Source of the DNA: Pseudoalteromonas tetraodonis
GTDB lineage: Bacteria > Pseudomonadota > Gammaproteobacteria > Enterobacterales > Alteromonadaceae
Assembly (NCBI RefSeq): GCF_002310835.1
Contig: NZ_CP011041.1
Location: 1,590,001 to 1,622,000, forward strand
Reading direction: 5' to 3'
DNA: 32,000 bases
The position numbers were made by a program, and so were the translations under genes. The notes under the pieces are model-generated. The model made no database searches and was not told the origin of the DNA. It saw nothing but the letters and a program-made list of their open reading frames with translations. Positions 7,943 through 16,615 of this stretch are shown here, piece by piece (position 1 is the stretch's first letter; every line of letters starts with the position of its first letter).

Positions 7943-9850
7943 ATGACCGCATTACCCGTCATTGTCGGCATGGGAGGCATTAATGCCGCTGGCCGTACTT
8001 CTTTTCATCAAGGTTATCGTCGTATCGTGTTAGATAGCTTAGAGTCTCAAGCTCGCCAAGAAACATTTTTAGGCCTCGTCACATTAATGAATTTAGTGAG
8101 TGTTGTGAATGGACAACTACAAGACATGCAGGGCAATAATGTTGAGCAAAGCGACATAGAAGCACGTTTTGGTGAGCAAATTATTGCAGGTACATTAATT
8201 CGCAAAATTGAAAAACAACACTTTGATGTAGATGCCACGCCGTGGCAGCAAAAAATGACGTTAACCGCATCGGATGAAAACGCGATTGTGTTTGAAACAC
8301 GCCGTCGTGATTTACCTTCGCCAGTACCTGAAAGTTGGCACGTTGAAGAGCTTGAAAATAAAAAAGTGAAAGTAACTATTGCGGCTCAATTTGATATTAA
8401 ACATGATTCTACTCGCGATAATCCAATTAAATCTGCTGGGCAACTACCCACAGGGTTTGATCCGTCAATTATGTACAATAGCCGCTACCAACCTCGTGGT
8501 TTACAAGCTACTATTTTTGCTGCCACCGATGCAATAAAATCAACCGGACTTGATTGGCAATACATTATGAATAGTGTTGAGCCTGATAAAATTGGTACCT
8601 ATTCAGCATCGGTTATTGGCCAAATGGACGATAAAGGTTTAGGTGGGTTAGTCAAAGCGCGCCAGCAGGGTGATCGCGTCAGCACTAAGCAGCTAGCACT
8701 GGGTTTAAATACAATGTCGACCGATTTTATCAATGCCTATGTTACGGGCAATGTAGGGACTACTTTTTCTACATCGGGTGCGTGTGCTACTTTTTTATAT
8801 AACTTGCGCGCAGCAGTAAATGATATACAAGCAGGGCGCACACGTGTTGCAATTGTGGCAAGTGTAGAATGTGCGATTACCCCTGAAGTGGTTGAAGGCT
8901 TTGGCAATATGAGTGCGCTGGCTAATATTGAAGGTTTGCGCCGCTTAGATGATTTAAGTAATGACGATGAACCTGATTATCGTAGAAGCAGCCGCCCATT
9001 TGGCGAAAACTGTGGCTTTACTTTAGGTGAAGGCGCACAAGTGGCTATATTAATGGATGATGCGCTGGCACTTGAACTAGGTGCAGACATTATGGGCTGT
9101 GTGCCTGATGTATTTGTTAACGCCGATGGAGTAAAAAAATCAATTACTTCACCTGGGCCTGGTAACTACATTACCATGGCAAAATCGGCTGCACTTGCCA
9201 GTAGCTTACTAGGTAAAGAGGCATTACAGCAACGTAGCTTTATTTTAGCCCATGGTTCAAGCACACCACAAAACCGCGTAACTGAGTCGTTAATTTATCA
9301 TAAAGTAGCGCAAACATTTGCAATAGATAATTGGAAAGTAACCGCCCCTAAAGCGTATGTTGGCCATACTATAGCACCTGCCAGTGGCGATCAGCTTGCC
9401 ATTGCCTTAGGTGTATTTAGTCATAATATTATGCCGGGTATTACCACTATAGATAAAGTGGCTGATGATGTTTATGCAGATCATTTAGATATTCGTAACA
9501 GTCACTATGATTGTGGTGATATGGATATTGCATTTATAAATTCTAAAGGGTTTGGTGGTAATAATGCAACAGCCACAGTGCTTTCAGCAAAAGTAACGAT
9601 GCAAATGCTTGCTAAGCGTCATGGCGATGAAATGATGGGGCTCTATACCAGCAAACATGCAGCGGTAAAAGAAGCACAACAGCACTATCAACAACAAGCA
9701 GATTTAGGTCAATACACGCTAGTTTATCGTTTTGGTGATGGGCTGATTGATGAAAATGACATTGTTATTGATGAGCACAGCATTCAGCTGCCAGGCTTTG
9801 AAAAAGCAATTATATTCAATACAACACATTCCTATCAAGATATGTTCTAA
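7943..9850 (+). CDS. fabY: long-form beta-ketoacyl-ACP synthase, FabY-like
   Basis: 635 aa, about 200 aa longer than FabB/FabF. KAS I/II-type Cys-His-His residues sit in TSGACATFLYN, ILAHGSSTPQN and YVGHTIAPASGDQ. The N-terminus LPVIVGMGGINAAGRTSFHQGYRR and the length match my recollection of P. aeruginosa FabY (PA5174). Not verified by search. Confidence 0.8.
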   Translation: MTALPVIVGMGGINAAGRTSFHQGYRRIVLDSLESQARQETFLGLVTLMNLVSVVNGQLQDMQGNNVEQSDIEARFGEQIIAGTLIRKIEKQHFDVDATPWQQKMTLTASDENAIVFETRRRDLPSPVPESWHVEELENKKVKVTIAAQFDIKHDSTRDNPIKSAGQLPTGFDPSIMYNSRYQPRGLQATIFAATDAIKSTGLDWQYIMNSVEPDKIGTYSASVIGQMDDKGLGGLVKARQQGDRVSTKQLALGLNTMSTDFINAYVTGNVGTTFSTSGACATFLYNLRAAVNDIQAGRTRVAIVASVECAITPEVVEGFGNMSALANIEGLRRLDDLSNDDEPDYRRSSRPFGENCGFTLGEGAQVAILMDDALALELGADIMGCVPDVFVNADGVKKSITSPGPGNYITMAKSAALASSLLGKEALQQRSFILAHGSSTPQNRVTESLIYHKVAQTFAIDNWKVTAPKAYVGHTIAPASGDQLAIALGVFSHNIMPGITTIDKVADDVYADHLDIRNSHYDCGDMDIAFINSKGFGGNNATATVLSAKVTMQMLAKRHGDEMMGLYTSKHAAVKEAQQHYQQQADLGQYTLVYRFGDGLIDENDIVIDEHSIQLPGFEKAIIFNTTHSYQDMF

Positions 9851-9868
9851 GCACACATACTTGTTAGC

Positions 9869-9893
9869 AAGGCGCTTTTTAAGCGCCTTTTTT
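9869..9893 (+). terminator. intrinsic terminator after the KAS gene
   Basis: AAGGCGCTT (9869-9877) pairs with AAGCGCCTT (9881-9889), giving a 9-bp stem and 3-nt loop. The stem runs into a T6 tract (9888-9893). Confidence 0.8.
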
Positions 9894-10203
9894 AATGTAT
9901 GAACCCATATTGTAGTTTAACTAATGCGCTAATTAGTTCCTTAACAAAAATATTAAAACTTCACCTCTTTGCAAATACTTCAAATTACTAATCTCTTCTT
10001 CCGCATTAAAAATAAAGCACCTTGATAAATTGAAAATATTAGGTTTGTTGCATACAATATAATAATTAATTAGTAGTATGTTATTTATTTTATTAAGTTA
10101 AAAAGTATTATTTATTATGCATCAAGAACTTTATAAATAGTTACTATAATTTTTGCTCAGATAGGTTAAATACTCAATTTTATTAATTACTTTAGGAGTA
10201 GTG

Positions 10204-12018
10204 ATGAAATTAATACCATTAAAACGCTGGCTTATAGGGCAAAAAAGTCTCACTTTATGTACTTTACTCTTTCTGTCTAAACTTAGTTTTGCGTCTATTA
10301 TTTTATTTGATGACAAACCACGTAATGGTACTTCATTGTGGTCAACCTCATCAAGTGAATCGACTTTAACTAAAATTGGTGAGCCTGTAGCTGATGGCGA
10401 AAGAGCTATATTAATGCAGGTACACTACTGGACTCAATCAGGATTACGTATTGCTCAAGTACCTCCTTTTAAAAATTCAATACTTGAGGCAAAAATATAC
10501 AGAAAATCAGGAAATAAGGGCACTTTAATGTTTCGTCGCGGTAACGATTCATTAAAAATAAATCTTGATGAAACCAATAACGAATTTTGGACATTGGATG
10601 GTTTGCCTGGCCATAATAATTTTTCAGACGATACATGGCACACGATTAGAATCAATCTCAATGGCTTTAATCTTGATGAAAATGAGAAAGTCCTGGCTAT
10701 TGGTATTCAAGGCCCTCTTGGAACAGGTAGATTTTACATGGACTCGGTTTCCTTTGTTGAGGGAGAGCCAGATAATAACATTTCTCCGCCGTTAGCTGGT
10801 AATTGGGAGCTGACTTTTGAAGATACTTTTAATTCAACTTTATTAAACCCTAATAATTGGCATGTTGGAAAGCAATATCTAGGAATGAGTGGTATCGCAG
10901 GTAATGCTGGGCGAGAAACTATTCGCATTGAAAATGAAATGTTACGGTTTGAAGCAGAAAAAAACACATTAAATCAAGGAACCAATCGTTACTTTTATAA
11001 AGCCGCTGAGGTAAGTACTTTTCGTAAATTTAGACAAAAATATGGTTACTTTGAAGCCAAAATTAAGTATGACTCAGTACATGGTGCTTGGCCTGCATTT
11101 TGGTTACTACCTGACAAAGGCATTTATGGTAACGATACTTATAGGAGGCAGTCATTATTAAAATTTAATCTTGATGATGTATCTACTACTATTTCTTCTG
11201 CATTATTAAGATTTAAGATCTCTGAAGCAAACACTCAAAGCAGCATAGCTGTGCATAAAACACTTTCCGCAGATTGGTCCCAAGATACTGTAACTTGGAA
11301 TACTAAACCGCAGGTCGATCCCTTATGGTTTAGTCATAGCTATGGAGAGGTTACGGGAAACATAATTGAAGTGGATGTTACCAGTTATATAAGAGAGCAA
11401 AAAAGTTCTGGTAAAGAGGCGAGCTTTGCATTGATTGACAATTATATGCGTAGCCAGCTTATAAAAATTTTTAGCAGTGAAGCGAATAATATTTCTGATA
11501 GGCCCGCTTTAATTGTAAATGAAGAAAGTTTATTCCCGACTGAAGATGCTTTTGTGCGTGGAGGTAATTATGCAGATACTAATTATGGTCAAGAACCATT
11601 TCTTTTAATTAAAGACACTTGGGGAGATACCTCACCTACATTCGATCAGGGAATGGAGTTTGATATTATGGAGAGTTTAGGTATCTGGGGGGAAGACATC
11701 AGTATCTCAGCTCTGCATTGGGATGGTTACGGTAGCCAACATAAGTCAGTAAATTCCGGCGAGCTTTATCATAATTATTCCTCAGATGGTTTCCATATAT
11801 ATGGCATGCATTGGCAGCCTGGTTATGTCGGTATGTATATAGATGGTGAAAAAGTCTGGGAGCACTATGACGACCGAGTTGGAAGTTTACCTTCTTATAT
11901 TATTTTATCGTTACAAGTAGGTGGTTGGGATGGTAATGAAAAGAATATCAGTGATGATTTTGAGGCTAACATGCTAGTAGATTTCGTTAGGGTCTGGAGT
12001 AATTCAGAGTTCAATTAA
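10204..12018 (+). CDS. secreted glycoside hydrolase family 16 protein with N-terminal CBM-like domain and a large internal insertion
   Basis: AGGAG (10194-10198) lies 5 nt before the ATG at 10204; the track starts at the GTG at 10201. A signal-peptide-like N-terminus is present. GH16 hallmarks are GAWPAFWLLP and the catalytic E-x-D-x-x-E motif MEFDIME (11656-11673), plus a C-terminal FHIYGMHWQP...MLVDFVRVW. About 175 aa separate WPAFW from EFDIME. Confidence 0.8.
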   Translation: MKLIPLKRWLIGQKSLTLCTLLFLSKLSFASIILFDDKPRNGTSLWSTSSSESTLTKIGEPVADGERAILMQVHYWTQSGLRIAQVPPFKNSILEAKIYRKSGNKGTLMFRRGNDSLKINLDETNNEFWTLDGLPGHNNFSDDTWHTIRINLNGFNLDENEKVLAIGIQGPLGTGRFYMDSVSFVEGEPDNNISPPLAGNWELTFEDTFNSTLLNPNNWHVGKQYLGMSGIAGNAGRETIRIENEMLRFEAEKNTLNQGTNRYFYKAAEVSTFRKFRQKYGYFEAKIKYDSVHGAWPAFWLLPDKGIYGNDTYRRQSLLKFNLDDVSTTISSALLRFKISEANTQSSIAVHKTLSADWSQDTVTWNTKPQVDPLWFSHSYGEVTGNIIEVDVTSYIREQKSSGKEASFALIDNYMRSQLIKIFSSEANNISDRPALIVNEESLFPTEDAFVRGGNYADTNYGQEPFLLIKDTWGDTSPTFDQGMEFDIMESLGIWGEDISISALHWDGYGSQHKSVNSGELYHNYSSDGFHIYGMHWQPGYVGMYIDGEKVWEHYDDRVGSLPSYIILSLQVGGWDGNEKNISDDFEANMLVDFVRVWSNSEFN

Positions 12019-12138
12019 CAACAAGAGCGAACCAAAGCGTTATCATTTATAAATGTCGATTATGATGCATTAAAAAAAGCACTCAAAAAATTAAATTAAT
12101 CTATCTGATAAAGTGACGAAACATTTTATCGAGTATTT

Positions 12139-12160
12139 CCCCCACAATATATTGTGGGGG
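12139..12160. terminator. perfect 22-nt palindromic hairpin between convergent genes (no U-tract)
   Basis: CCCCCACAATATATTGTGGGGG. It lies 6 nt beyond the stop of the minus-strand gene and 120 nt beyond the GH16 stop. Confidence 0.45.
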
Positions 12161-12166
12161 CGATTA

Positions 12167-13351
12167 CTAAATATATTTAGCAATCAGGCTGTTTTTATTA
12201 CGATATTTCCAGTTTAAGTAGCGCTTAGAGAGTAAGGCGGTAAGCACAACCACTACAGCTATCATCGCCATGGTCGCAATATAACTCATACCATACCCAG
12301 ATGGTAAGCCAACAAGGGTTTCACCATAGGTCATATCACTAAAGTTAAAACCAAGAGCAGGTATTAAAAGCCAACTGATAGCATGTAGCAAATACAAGTG
12401 AGTGAGGTAGGAAAACATGCTGGTTTTACCTAGTACTTGCAGAAAATTTTGCGAAAAACTAGCCTTTAAGTGGCTCAACAGTTTTAACGCAATTAAACCA
12501 AGCCCTACAGTAAGTAACATAAATTGTAACGACAACGGATATTTAGTCGGATTTAAAAACGACATAATAGTCAGCAGTGGATCTGTATGTGTAGAAAACT
12601 GTGACATATCACCGTATAAATTAAAGCCGCGTAGTATTGAATATAGTGCTAGGCAGCTCATACCCATAATAAACGCGTAATTCATCACTTTTTTACTATA
12701 ATGCTGAGATTTATAATATACACCTGCACAATAAGCCAAACACATGAGTCCAACAATAGGCGCAACGGGGTAGGTCGTTCTAATAGAAAAACCAAACGGC
12801 AGTGCTAATACATTTTTTTGATGAACGATAGACCACAGTGTATGCGCTATTGTATTAGTTTCAAAGGTAATGCCATCAAGTAAGTTATGACCAAATACCA
12901 GTAATAAGCCAGCTATAAATACAGGGTATATACCTGTTAAGCGAAGCAAGCCAAGCACCACAAAGCCCCAGCCAATCGCCCAAATTACTTGAGCATATAA
13001 CATCGGGAAAAGAGGATTAAAACTCCATGACCATGACACAATTGTAAACTCAAATAAAATAAGCACTAAGCCTCGAACTATTAAAGCGTTAGCAAACTGA
13101 CGAGTACACGCGTATTTATGCTCTGTAATAGCGGCAGAGAGGCCTGCTAAAAATACAAATAATGGCGCACAGAAATGCGATATAAAGCGTGTGAAAAAAG
13201 TAAGCGCATCTGTTCCGGGTATGGTCATGGGATCAGTTACTGAATAATTTAGACAATAATACATGCCGTGATCTATCACCATAAATATGATGATAATGCC
13301 GCGTAATAGATCAATATGATGCAAGCGACTTTGCGATAAAGATAATGACAT
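12167..13351 (-). CDS. polytopic membrane protein, DUF1624 / heparan-alpha-glucosaminide N-acetyltransferase-like
   Basis: The N-terminal motif RLHHIDLLRGIIIIFMVIDH is typical of this acyltransferase-like family. About 10 hydrophobic helices. The ATG at 13351 (MSLSLSQ) is preferred over the TTG at 13366. Confidence 0.7.
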   Translation of the reverse strand: MSLSLSQSRLHHIDLLRGIIIIFMVIDHGMYYCLNYSVTDPMTIPGTDALTFFTRFISHFCAPLFVFLAGLSAAITEHKYACTRQFANALIVRGLVLILFEFTIVSWSWSFNPLFPMLYAQVIWAIGWGFVVLGLLRLTGIYPVFIAGLLLVFGHNLLDGITFETNTIAHTLWSIVHQKNVLALPFGFSIRTTYPVAPIVGLMCLAYCAGVYYKSQHYSKKVMNYAFIMGMSCLALYSILRGFNLYGDMSQFSTHTDPLLTIMSFLNPTKYPLSLQFMLLTVGLGLIALKLLSHLKASFSQNFLQVLGKTSMFSYLTHLYLLHAISWLLIPALGFNFSDMTYGETLVGLPSGYGMSYIATMAMIAVVVVLTALLSKRYLNWKYRNKNSLIAKYI

Positions 13352-13477
13352 AAATATAATTAACAAGAATGAAAAAAATGAACTTGATTATATGTTATAT
13401 TATATCAAAAGGCGAGTTTGAAGATTGAATTTAACAGGGTGATCGCATCAGCGCTAAGCAATTAATTATAATTTTCA

Positions 13478-13906
13478 TTATTTAAATTTTTTAACATACC
13501 TAAGCGTTATGAAGTTTATTACTGCCAACAAAATAGCTATTTCATAGCGGCTGTACGCAATAGCGATACCAATTAAACCCATATTCCAAATACTCGCAGC
13601 TGTTGCTGTTCCAGATGTAGACTGGTTATTTTTTAAAATAGCGCCGCCACCAATAAAACCAATACCTGTAATAATACCTTGTAACATTTTAGATTGCGCC
13701 TCTGCGCCCTCCAAAACTGACATAGCAATCAGTGCATAACCACATGATGCGACGGCAACTAAAGGAAACGTTCTTAGACCTGCACCATTATGGCTATGCT
13801 CTCTATCATATGCCATTGGCAGGGCAAGTAAATACGCCATGCCAAGATGAATCAAGTTATCAATAATGTCTCTCCACTGTAGATCAATTTCCATTGCTAT
13901 TTCCAC
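13478..13906 (-). CDS. MgtC/SapB-family membrane protein (short form), second copy
   Basis: Motifs GLRTFPLVAVASCGY and ITGIGFIGGGAILKN. 142 aa (138 aa if the second ATG is used). Confidence 0.8.
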   Translation of the reverse strand: MEIAMEIDLQWRDIIDNLIHLGMAYLLALPMAYDREHSHNGAGLRTFPLVAVASCGYALIAMSVLEGAEAQSKMLQGIITGIGFIGGGAILKNNQSTSGTATAASIWNMGLIGIAIAYSRYEIAILLAVINFITLRYVKKFK

Positions 13907-13933
13907 GGATAAATTTTAAATAAGTAGCAAAAA

Positions 13934-13962
13934 TTGAACCAAGGTATTAATTTAAATAAAAT
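13934..13962 (+). promoter_or_regulatory. putative sigma70 promoter
   Basis: TTGAAC (13934-13939), 17-nt spacer, TAAAAT (13957-13962). AT-rich context, so a chance match is possible. Confidence 0.3.
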
Positions 13963-14079
13963 CATTGTGTTACCTTTGTTTTATCGAGGGGGATGAGTGG
14001 CGTTAGCAATATTTACACAATAAAGTGCGTTTTTACCCAGCAATGAATTTCAGCTGCGTACCACACAAGCAAACTCTAT

Positions 14080-14109
14080 TATGTAAAATTGTGGGGCTTA
14101 CATATTTTT
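14080..14109 (+). terminator. intrinsic-terminator-like hairpin with no upstream plus-strand gene
   Basis: TATGTAA (14080-14086) pairs with TTACATA (14098-14104) around an 11-nt loop, followed by T5 (14105-14109). It lies 57 nt upstream of the 14166 ORF. Confidence 0.45.
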
Positions 14110-14165
14110 ACAACACTCCCTTTTTAAGTCGTATATAATTTGGCTTATTTGCAACGAGAGTTTAC

Positions 14166-14498
14166 ATGCGCATTTTATTAATTATTATCTTTTCAAATGT
14201 ATTAAGTGGTTGCACAGTAATGGGTATATTTTTGGATGAAACGGCGAGATCCAAGTTAAACATCAATAGCACTAATAGTTTTGTAAAGGATAAAGATAGT
14301 TTTAGTTTTAGCAAACTTGGTTACGAAACTGATAAAGCCATAATTGAATTTATAAAAGAAGATAACGGTGTGATTAAAAAGTGTAGGCAGGTTACTAAGG
14401 TCTTAAAAGAATGTGTAGAAGTAGATAAATCTACTCTACACAGTAATGAATCTAAGCCGATAAAAACTGATGATGAAATAATAAGTGTTGGTCTATAA
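14166..14498 (+). CDS. putative small lipoprotein
   Basis: Signal peptide with lipobox VLSGC (MRILLIIIFSNVLSGC). GAGAG lies 5 nt upstream of the ATG. Very AT-rich. The last 47 nt overlap the convergent fghA 3' end. No family recognised. Confidence 0.45.
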   Translation: MRILLIIIFSNVLSGCTVMGIFLDETARSKLNINSTNSFVKDKDSFSFSKLGYETDKAIIEFIKEDNGVIKKCRQVTKVLKECVEVDKSTLHSNESKPIKTDDEIISVGL

Positions 14499-15294
14499 AG
14501 CTATTAATAAAAAAGTAACTATGATCGTAGCCAGCGTGCATTTCGAGCTGCAGCGGATACGCTTTTTTATTAGCGATATCGACCAAATTTTGCGGCTTAA
14601 GCTGCTCTTCTAAAAAGTTATCAGCATCACCTTGGCTTACCAGCATAGGTAAATAGTTAGCTTGCTCGGCTTGTTGCATTAATTCGCAAGTATCGTAGTG
14701 TGCCCACGTTGTTTTGTCGTCGCCTAAGTAGCCTGTAAATGCTTTTACACCCCACGGACACGCCATAGGATTAACAATAGGACTAAATGCCGAAGAGCTG
14801 GTGTACGATTGTGGGTTTTTAAGTGCAATCATCAATGCGCCGTGCCCGCCCATTGAATGACCACTAATTGCTTTTTTATCTGTAACAGGAAAGTGTTGCT
14901 CAATTAGTGCCGGTAACTCATTAACAACGTAATCATACATATTAAAATGGGTGTTGTAGGGCGCTTTTGTGGCATTAAGGTAAAACCCAGCACCTTGTGC
15001 AAAATCATAGCTGTCTTCGTTTGGCACGTTATCACCACGTGGGCTCGTATCTGGCGCTACAATGGCGATACCCAGCTCCGCTGCTTTTTTAAATGCGCCT
15101 GCTTTTTGCATAAAGTTTTCATCGGTACAGGTTAAACCTGATAACCAGTACAGTACCGGCACCTTATTGGTTTCACTGGCGCCTGGCGGTAAAAAAACTG
15201 CAAAACGCATAGTACAACGAGTGCTTGAGGCGCTATGGCTGTATTGCTTATGCCATCCGCCAGCTACTTTAGCGGTTGAAATATTTTCTAACAT
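14452..15294 (-). CDS. fghA: S-formylglutathione hydrolase (esterase D family)
   Basis: 280 aa. Motifs PVLYWLSGLTCTDENF, nucleophile elbow GHSMGGHGAL, and HAGYDHSYFFI. Located directly downstream of frmA. Confidence 0.92.
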   Translation of the reverse strand: MLENISTAKVAGGWHKQYSHSASSTRCTMRFAVFLPPGASETNKVPVLYWLSGLTCTDENFMQKAGAFKKAAELGIAIVAPDTSPRGDNVPNEDSYDFAQGAGFYLNATKAPYNTHFNMYDYVVNELPALIEQHFPVTDKKAISGHSMGGHGALMIALKNPQSYTSSSAFSPIVNPMACPWGVKAFTGYLGDDKTTWAHYDTCELMQQAEQANYLPMLVSQGDADNFLEEQLKPQNLVDIANKKAYPLQLEMHAGYDHSYFFINSFIDQHLLFHHQFLSA

Positions 15295-15306
15295 AACAAT
15301 CCTTAA

Positions 15307-15332
15307 AAGCCGTTACTTAATAGCAACGGCTT
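15307..15332 (-). other. intercistronic hairpin between frmA and fghA
   Basis: AAGCCGTT (15307-15314) pairs with AACGGCTT (15325-15332) around a 10-nt loop. On the minus strand it sits just upstream of the fghA AAGGA SD. Confidence 0.4.
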
Positions 15333-15360
15333 GTGATGGTAATTAAGTGAAATGGGCGTA

Positions 15361-16560
<1,200 letters not shown>

Positions 16561-16615
16561 TCAGATAATGATAATCTTCAATTTAATAAAACACTTTTAC
16601 AGTATGGTAATAATT

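Noticed and set aside
8047-10967. Short ORFs 8047-8238(-), 10131-10316(-), 10455-10661(-), 10565-10795(+) and 10734-10967(-)
   Set aside because: They are embedded in, or overlap, the KAS and GH16 coding frames or the AT-rich spacer. None has an SD or recognisable motifs.
13993-14046. 17-codon sORF (MSGVSNIYTIKCVFTQQ) inside the candidate orphan transcript
   Set aside because: The G-rich SD-like GAGGGGG abuts the ATG with essentially no spacing, and the peptide has no recognisable features. I cannot support it as coding.
14452-14498. 47-nt convergent overlap between the putative lipoprotein ORF and the fghA 3' end, and the 12-nt overlap at 6805-6816
   Set aside because: Convergent 3' overlaps of this size occur naturally. 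The overlap lowers my confidence in the lipoprotein ORF, but I saw no further signal such as an antisense regulatory structure.
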